Shown one piece after another: positions 6,571-10,998 of a DNA stretch of 10,998 nt. The notes under the pieces are model-generated. The model searched no databases. It worked only from the letters and a program-made list of their open reading frames with translations, and was not told the DNA's origin. This stretch comes from a virus (lineage: Duplodnaviria; Heunggongvirae; Uroviricota; Caudoviricetes). Location: IMG/VR virus record IMGVR_UViG_3300019867_000001, positions 93,244-104,241 of that record. The stretch is one strand, 5' to 3'. How positions within the stretch are numbered: position 1 is the first letter of the stretch; each line of letters opens with the position of its first letter. The position numbers and the translations under genes are program-made.

Positions 6571-9500
6571 CGTTTTGTTGTACTATGCGTTAAATAGTAC
6601 CTGTAATACTTTAAATTAAGAATCTGCAAATTCGCCATACAGTTTCTTACGGTTAATAATAACACATTCATTTGCTTCTTTCGCGGTATCAAATAATCCT
6701 AAATATAACTGTATTCCATTATGACCTAAACGTGCTTGGTATTTACCATTTGGTGTTATAAATACACCTTTAAAACCTGTTGTATTAGTTTTAGGTAATT
6801 TTTTATTTATCTGATTTTGACTTTTTGTTGCTAATCTTAAATTTTCTATTTTATTATTTAATGGATTTCTATCTTTATGATCCACTAAATAACCTTCAGG
6901 TATTGGCCCATTAAACATTTCCCAAATAGTACATGCTAACATATAATTTTTACCTAAATATTCAAATTGAATATAACCACAGCTATTTATCCAGCCTACA
7001 TGTTTATGCTGATTATTTGAGTCTAATCTAATTAATTTACCATTTTCATACTTAAAAATTTCATTCCAATCCATTAATTTATCCTTAATTCTTTAAAGTA
7101 CTACAGCTGCATATTACTATGCAGACCAGACTATATCATAGCTAATTTAATTAGCTGAGGGCGTTTCCAATCTACTTAGATTGTACTTCCTTTCGGAATA
7201 GTCGTTACACCTTCAAATTATAAATCAAGTATACTTTGTATACTAAATTCAAAATAAGCTTGGCTCGGTATTGTCCATGGCGAATGGATGTTCACCGAAT
7301 TAACCCTCTTTTACTTCCGCCTAAAGTGTTAACGGAAGAACCATAACATTCAAAATATTAATAACTATTCGTTAGATAGTTACCAACTTATAATCTTACA
7401 AACTCACCATATCTTTCAATAGCTACTTCACAATATTTTTTATAAGCTTCTTCTGGAGTATCAAAAAAGCCTAAAAATTTATTTTTGCCATCTATTTTAA
7501 TTTGGGAAACCCATTTCTTTTTATGCCAACAGACACCTTTAAACCCACTTTTATTATTAGATTGTTTTGTTCTATTAAAATGATTTTCTTGGAAAGTGCC
7601 TATCCTAAGATTATCAATTCTATTATTATTTCTTATCCTATCTATATGGTCAATAAATAGACCTTCAGGTATTGGTCCGTTAAACATTTCCCAAATTACA
7701 CGGTGAGCGAATAAATATTTTCCATTTAGATAAATACCGACATAACCATCTTTTCTTAATGTTCCTGCTAAACTACCAGCAAGCATTCGGCCAGTATTAT
7801 TGGCCCAAAGTAAGTTACCAGTATAGTTATCATAAATGAAAAGATTATTATAATCTATTAAATTATCCTTAAGATTAAGTTGCTGCATATTACTATGCAG
7901 TTTAGACTATATCATAACTAGTTAAACTAGTTGAGAGCGCTTCGAACAGACTTCTGTTCTACTCCCCGAAGGGATAGTCGTTGCACCTTAAAACAAACTA
8001 AAATAAGGATAATTTTTCCTTATTATAGTAAGTAGTCTTGGCTCAGGATTGACCTATAAGGTTGTTCCCTGAATTCACTCTCTTTTATAAGCGCCATATT
8101 TAACGCTTAATTATCTTACGTCTTTGTACTTTCTCTGTAATACGCATCCAAAATACACTTGAAGCCTTTGCAATCAATTCTTTATTATCTTGTTTAAATT
8201 TTATAATTTCAGCAATTAATATTTTTCTTTTATCAGATTTTAATGGACATTCATTTATTTGATTTTTATAATAAATTAAGTTATCAATTAAATTATCGCA
8301 ATCTATTATTTCTTGCTTGGTAAGTAAATTATAATCTTTTTCTATTACTGCCCATACATTATCAGCGACATATGAATATAAATCACCAGGTAAATCTTGC
8401 GGAACTAAATTAACTAATGGCGCTGTTATTTCATCTCTTGATAATGCGGCTAAATGCTGTGACATTAATGTTAAATGGAATCGTTAGTTCCATTTTGCTA
8501 TGATACATTCTTTCCAAATTTCTTTCATTTTATTCCTTAAAATAACGCCAATTATTTAAGGTATCATAGCAACTATATATTACTATATAGATCAGACTAT
8601 CTCTTCAAGTAATAAGTATTTATTACTTGCTGTGCGCTTCCCAAGGACTTCCTTGGTACTTCCTTTCGGAATAGTCGTTACACCCGATTAAACTTGGCTC
8701 GGTATTGTCCTTAGCTTTACCTATTAGGAGTTTCACCGAATTCACACAGTTTTAAAATGGCAACTTTACCATTTGTGCTGCCGTCAATAGATACTTCAAT
8801 ATGAGACACATACTCATATAAATCATTACCTTGTGCTTCCCATTCTCGTGCTTTTTTTAATTCAAAACAAGCAGCTAAAAATTGCCAAGGTTTCGCTGCT
8901 TGCATCCAGCCTTGATTTACTTTTGGATTCTCAGCATAACTTAGAAGTATCTCCTCATTGTCAAGTGACCAATAAACTCTATCATTTAATGGTATTTTAT
9001 CTGTACTGAATCCATTTGAATCACCAGCCCAATTATTAGCAATACTAATCATAAGCCAGAAAAATCCTTGTTGTTCTATTATTTTACTATCTGCTCTTAA
9101 TAAGAGACCTCTTGCAAGATCTGGTCCCATCTCGCTTAAGAAAGCAGTAGCGGGGTATCTACGGCCTCTGAAATCGAGATAATAAAGCATTATGTTCAAT
9201 ACTATTCGTTAAATAGTATTCTGTTAAAGTTTAATATGAGACCAATTACGACCAGTACGAATACAATTAATAGTACCAGGATGAACATTAAAAATTTTAG
9301 CTATTTCCCTATTAGAACATCCAAGTTGAATAAGCTTTTTAATTTCAATAACACTAATATCATTCAATTTACTATTTATTGCAGTTTCGCCTCTAGTCAT
9401 AAGCCCATGCTCTTTAGCATGTTGTACATTTTCAAGTTGTGTACACCATTCCAAATTAATAACATTATTATTTCTTTTATTTAAATCCTTATGGTTTACT

Positions 9501-10749
9501 TTTGGTAATTTATTAGGATTTTCTATAAAAGCTAATGCTACTAATCTATGGACTCTTTCGGATTTGTTTATACCATTATGGCAGAGTGAAACTTGAAGAT
9601 AGCCATGCCCATTATCAAACTGCTTCAAGATACGGCCTTCTTTAATATAAACTCCACCATATGTACTATAGACCTCTTTCGTCTTACTTTTAACATTTCC
9701 GAAAGTTGATACTTCATATTGTTCATTTATATCTTTCCAGATTTCCATTATATTCTCCGAATATAAACAGCTATACGTTACCGTATAGATCAGACTATAT
9801 TATAATTAATTCCATAATTCCCTGCGCTTCCACCGGACTTCCGATGTACTCTACTAAGTTCTTAATCGCATCCGCGATAGCTTTTCGATAGTCGTTGCAC
9901 TTTACTTTACAAATTTTGTAAAGTCTAGCTCAGAATTGACCTTGTAAGGTTATTTTCTGAATTCACAGGGTTTACTACCACCTAAAATTAATGGTAGAAT
10001 ACTTGTCCTAAATATCTTCCAGCTATATCTCCTACAGCCGTAGTTTCTCTAAGCTTACTAGTTCTAGATTCTAAGTTTCTGATATCCCAAATATCTTTAA
10101 AAGCATCTGTTTTATTTCTAAGTGCCCATAAGTATATTTCATATATTGGTTCATTAATCATCCACCCAACATGTTGTGCTTTATTAACACAATTAAAAAT
10201 TAAAGGATGAGTTTGCGGCGTTATTTTATTTAGGACATCGCGATTTGAAGTTTTTACAAGTAATAAACCTGTTTCATGTTTTGTAGATATCCAATCTGCA
10301 TAAGGGGCAATAACAGGTAATTTTTCAGTTGAGCCAATTTTTAAAGTTTCCCATAATCTGCACAGTTTATTATCATCTAGTATATTAATTAGATATGCAG
10401 CATGACCATTTGTTGAACGTCCAAGTTCTACTTTTAAAATTCCAAATAATTCAAAAGTATAAAGTATAAAAGCACCTGCTTTTGCTGCAATTGCAGAGTC
10501 ACGTTTTAATTTATATTTTTTACGGATTAAATGCCCAATAGCACAAATTACTTCGCTCATTAATACTATTTGCTTATTATTACCTTTTCCTCTACGAGTA
10601 TACAGGTATAGTATTTGTATTGAAAGATTAATTATATCTTCATAATTAATCTCTGGTATTAACAGAAATTTAACGGGATTTTGTGGTACAATTTCTGTTT
10701 CACAACGATAGATCAGAGAAGCGATTAATTTTTGTTTCATCGTCTCCAT
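5891..10749 (-). CDS. T7-type single-subunit DNA-dependent RNA polymerase, spliced; join(complement 9991..10749, 8768..9187, 8103..8462, 7332..7350, 5891..6570), 745 aa
   Basis: Exons total 2238 nt = 746 codons with no internal stop. The joins rebuild FYH|LYYLDFRGRRYP (DxxGR), IDGSTNG|SQHLAAL (motif A), RRKIIKR|NVMVLPY|GGTAYG (motif B: R-x3-K-x7-YG), then PNAIHSLDAAH, VHDSF (motif C) and a C-terminal YAFA like T7 FAFA. RBS AAGGA precedes ATG 10749. Confidence 0.95.
6571..7331 (-). mobile_element. Group I intron 4 (761 nt) with HNH-AP2 ORF
   Basis: P1: CUUCCGU/GCGGAAG. P3: GAGGGU/GCCCUC. P7: GACUAU/AUAGUC. P9: CUGCAU-AGUAAU-AUGCAG. A 15-bp P9.1 stem CUGUAGUACUUUAAA/UUUAAAGUAUUACAG encloses the ORF. 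P9.2 has a UAACG loop. Omega-G at 6571 splits the Tyr codon T|AT. Confidence 0.92.
6616..7074 (-). CDS. Intron-encoded HNH-AP2 homing endonuclease, 152 aa
   Basis: WEMFNGPIPEGYLVDHKDRNPLNNKIENLRLAT (HNH) and TGFKGV..KYQARL..YLGLFDTAKEA..YGEF (AP2). RBS TAAGGA precedes the ATG. A 36-nt stretch matches the intron 3 ORF with 2 mismatches. Confidence 0.9.
   Translation of the reverse strand: MDWNEIFKYENGKLIRLDSNNQHKHVGWINSCGYIQFEYLGKNYMLACTIWEMFNGPIPEGYLVDHKDRNPLNNKIENLRLATKSQNQINKKLPKTNTTGFKGVFITPNGKYQARLGHNGIQLYLGLFDTAKEANECVIINRKKLYGEFADS
7332..7350 (-). CDS. RNAP exon 4, 19-nt micro-exon (NVMVLP plus first base of the catalytic Tyr codon)
   Basis: AATGTTATGGTTCTTCCGT is the only segment that restores frame and motif B between introns 3 and 4. 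It is not in the ORF track. Confidence 0.88.
7351..8102 (-). mobile_element. Group I intron 3 (752 nt) with HNH-AP2 ORF
   Basis: P1: UAAGCGU/GCGCUUA. P3: GAGAGUG/CGCUCUC. P7: GACUAU/AUAGUC. P9: CUGCAU-AGUAAU-AUGCAG. P9.2 has a UAACG loop. About 5 bp of P10 form between the guide and exon AUGUU. Omega-G at 7351. Confidence 0.9.
7388..7858 (-). CDS. Intron-encoded HNH-AP2 homing endonuclease; the SD-aligned start codon is ATA (7858)
   Basis: AHRVIWEMFNGPIPEG..IDHIDRIRNNNRIDNLR (HNH) and SGFKGV..WVSQI..LGFFDTPEEA..YGEF (AP2). The track start at 7888 lies inside the P9 stem with no RBS. Confidence 0.85.
   Translation of the reverse strand: MDYNNLFIYDNYTGNLLWANNTGRMLAGSLAGTLRKDGYVGIYLNGKYLFAHRVIWEMFNGPIPEGLFIDHIDRIRNNNRIDNLRIGTFQENHFNRTKQSNNKSGFKGVCWHKKKWVSQIKIDGKNKFLGFFDTPEEAYKKYCEVAIERYGEFVRL
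8103..8462 (-). CDS. RNAP exon 3 (120 codons; SQHLAAL through motif B R-x3-K)
   Basis: Track ORF 8100..8465, whose ATG is really the intron 2 terminal AUG and whose TAA is the start of intron 3. Confidence 0.92.
8463..8767 (-). mobile_element. Group I intron 2 (305 nt), ORF-less apart from an endonuclease remnant
   Basis: P1: AAAUGGU/GCCAUUU. P3: CUGUGUG/CGCACAG. P7: GACUAU/AUAGUC. P9: CUAUAU-AGUAAU-AUAUAG. 12-bp P9.1 stem. P9.2: AAAUGGAA-CUAACGA-UUCCAUUU. Ends AACAUUAAUG. Splicing gives DGSTNG-S-QH, the spacing expected for motif A. Confidence 0.92.
8484..8528 (-). pseudogene. Remnant of a NUMOD4-type homing endonuclease gene (minigene MKEIWKECIIAKWN)
   Basis: TAAGGAATAAA-ATG AAA GAA ATT TGG AAA GAA TGT lies in the same intron position as the other endonuclease ORFs. 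MKEIWKE matches the MEIWKD start of the intron 1 enzyme. Confidence 0.75.
8768..9187 (-). CDS. RNAP exon 2 (140 codons; DFRGR through motif A DGSTNG)
   Basis: Central part of track ORF 8717..9199, bounded by omega-G 9188 and the P1 U.G at 8768. Confidence 0.92.
9188..9990 (-). mobile_element. Group I intron 1 (803 nt, IA2/td-like) with NUMOD4-HNH ORF downstream of P9
   Basis: P1: exon CUACCAU / intron GUGGUAG with U.G at the splice site. P3: CCCUGUG/CGCAGGG. P7: GACUAU/AUAGUC. P9: CUAUAC-GGUAAC-GUAUAG. P9.2: AAUACUAUU-UAACG-AAUAGUAUU. Ends GAACAUAAUG (omega-G at 9188). Splicing restores the frame. Confidence 0.93.
9224..9748 (-). CDS. Intron-encoded homing endonuclease, NUMOD4-HNH with C-terminal HTH (I-HmuI-like), 174 aa
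   Basis: MEIWKDI..YEVSTFGNVKS (NUMOD4), VHRLVALAF..VNHKDLNKRNNNVINLEWCTQLENVQH (HNH), SNREIAKIFNVHPGTINCI (HTH). RBS GGAG precedes the ATG. Confidence 0.92.
   Translation of the reverse strand: MEIWKDINEQYEVSTFGNVKSKTKEVYSTYGGVYIKEGRILKQFDNGHGYLQVSLCHNGINKSERVHRLVALAFIENPNKLPKVNHKDLNKRNNNVINLEWCTQLENVQHAKEHGLMTRGETAINSKLNDISVIEIKKLIQLGCSNREIAKIFNVHPGTINCIRTGRNWSHIKL
9991..10749 (-). CDS. RNAP exon 1 (253 codons; short N-terminal domain and start of polymerase domain)
   Basis: ORF 9988..10749 ends ...GQVFYH-TAA. The TAA is the first three intron bases after the P1 U.G pair. VNKAQHVGWMIN resembles T7 INIAQNTAWKIN. Confidence 0.92.
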
Positions 10750-10758
10750 TACTGTTCC

Positions 10759-10914
10759 TTAAATTAAATAAAGAATAATTGCAATAAGAATTATAGCATC
10801 TATTGAAAATTTAGTAAATAAAAGTAATATAGTTACAATTATAATAAGATGGAAAATTTTAACATCAATGATAGTATTAGTATAACCATTAATGCTTGTA
10901 TTATTGTCTTCCAT
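10759..10914 (-). CDS. Small hydrophobic, probably membrane, protein (about 51 aa from ATG 10914)
   Basis: MEDNNT..IFHLIIIVTILLLF..AIILIAIILYLI. The track extension to 10992 runs through the A22 tract and is not trusted. Confidence 0.5.
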   Translation of the reverse strand: MEDNNTSINGYTNTIIDVKIFHLIIIVTILLLFTKFSIDAIILIAIILYLI

Positions 10915-10962
10915 AACTAGACCTATATTAAAAAGTTCTGCCAAACTATATGTTTGGATAGT

Positions 10963-10984
10963 AAAAAAAAAAAAAAAAAAAAAA
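10963..10984 (+). repeat. A22 homopolymer near the window end, probably a sequencing or assembly artefact
   Basis: 22 consecutive A followed by low-complexity CAAAACAACCCACC; nothing similar occurs elsewhere in the window. Confidence 0.7.
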
Positions 10985-10998
10985 CAAAACAACCCACC

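Noticed and set aside
7298-7308. AATTAACCCTC on the plus strand, matching the start of the T3 promoter
   Set aside because: It is the complement of intron 4 P3/P4 sequence, is antisense, and lacks the rest of the promoter.
7859-7888. Track start MQQLNLKDNL for the intron 3 endonuclease
   Set aside because: The ATG is in the P9 stem and has no SD. The codons KDNL are the SD and spacer seen before the paralogous ORF.
9236-9891. Plus-strand ORFs 9236..9484 and 9706..9891
   Set aside because: Antisense to the intron 1 endonuclease and ribozyme core.
6571-9990. Dispersed 14-29 nt repeats as a CRISPR-like or regulatory array
   Set aside because: Spacing is irregular and every copy maps to homologous group I intron core elements.
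5891-10749. Reading the RNAP pieces as a pseudogene, separate subunits, inteins or group II introns
   Set aside because: The inserts contain stops (not inteins), lack GUGYG/AY ends and an RT (not group II), show full group I pairings, and splice to an exact open frame.
10915-10998. Poly-Phe N-terminus of ORF 10759..10992 and the A22 tract as a biological feature
   Set aside because: A terminal low-complexity run, most likely an assembly or read-end artefact; it cannot be evaluated without reads.

Overview
AT-rich (roughly 30% GC by eye) phage replication/transcription module, with all credible genes on the minus strand. It encodes a T7-type single-subunit RNA polymerase, several small hypothetical or membrane proteins, a gp2.5-like SSB, a DUF3310 (gp1.7-like) protein, a nucleoside deoxyribosyltransferase-like protein and a T7 gp5-like family A DNA polymerase. 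The main result is that the RNAP gene (10749->5891) is split into five exons (759, 420, 360, 19 and 680 nt) by four group I introns (803, 305, 752 and 761 nt) resembling T4 td-type IA2 introns. The introns sit at the DxxGR motif, motif A and motif B (twice). Splicing at the P1 U.G and omega-G sites restores a 745-aa ORF with every catalytic residue intact. Three introns carry HNH endonuclease ORFs and the fourth keeps only the RBS and first codons of one. The four ribozymes form a 2x2 mosaic of 5' and 3' modules. Two small genes are broken by single-base shifts in A-runs, and the right end has an A22 tract that is probably an artefact. All structures and alignments were done by hand, and comparisons to T7/T3/T4 sequences are from memory.
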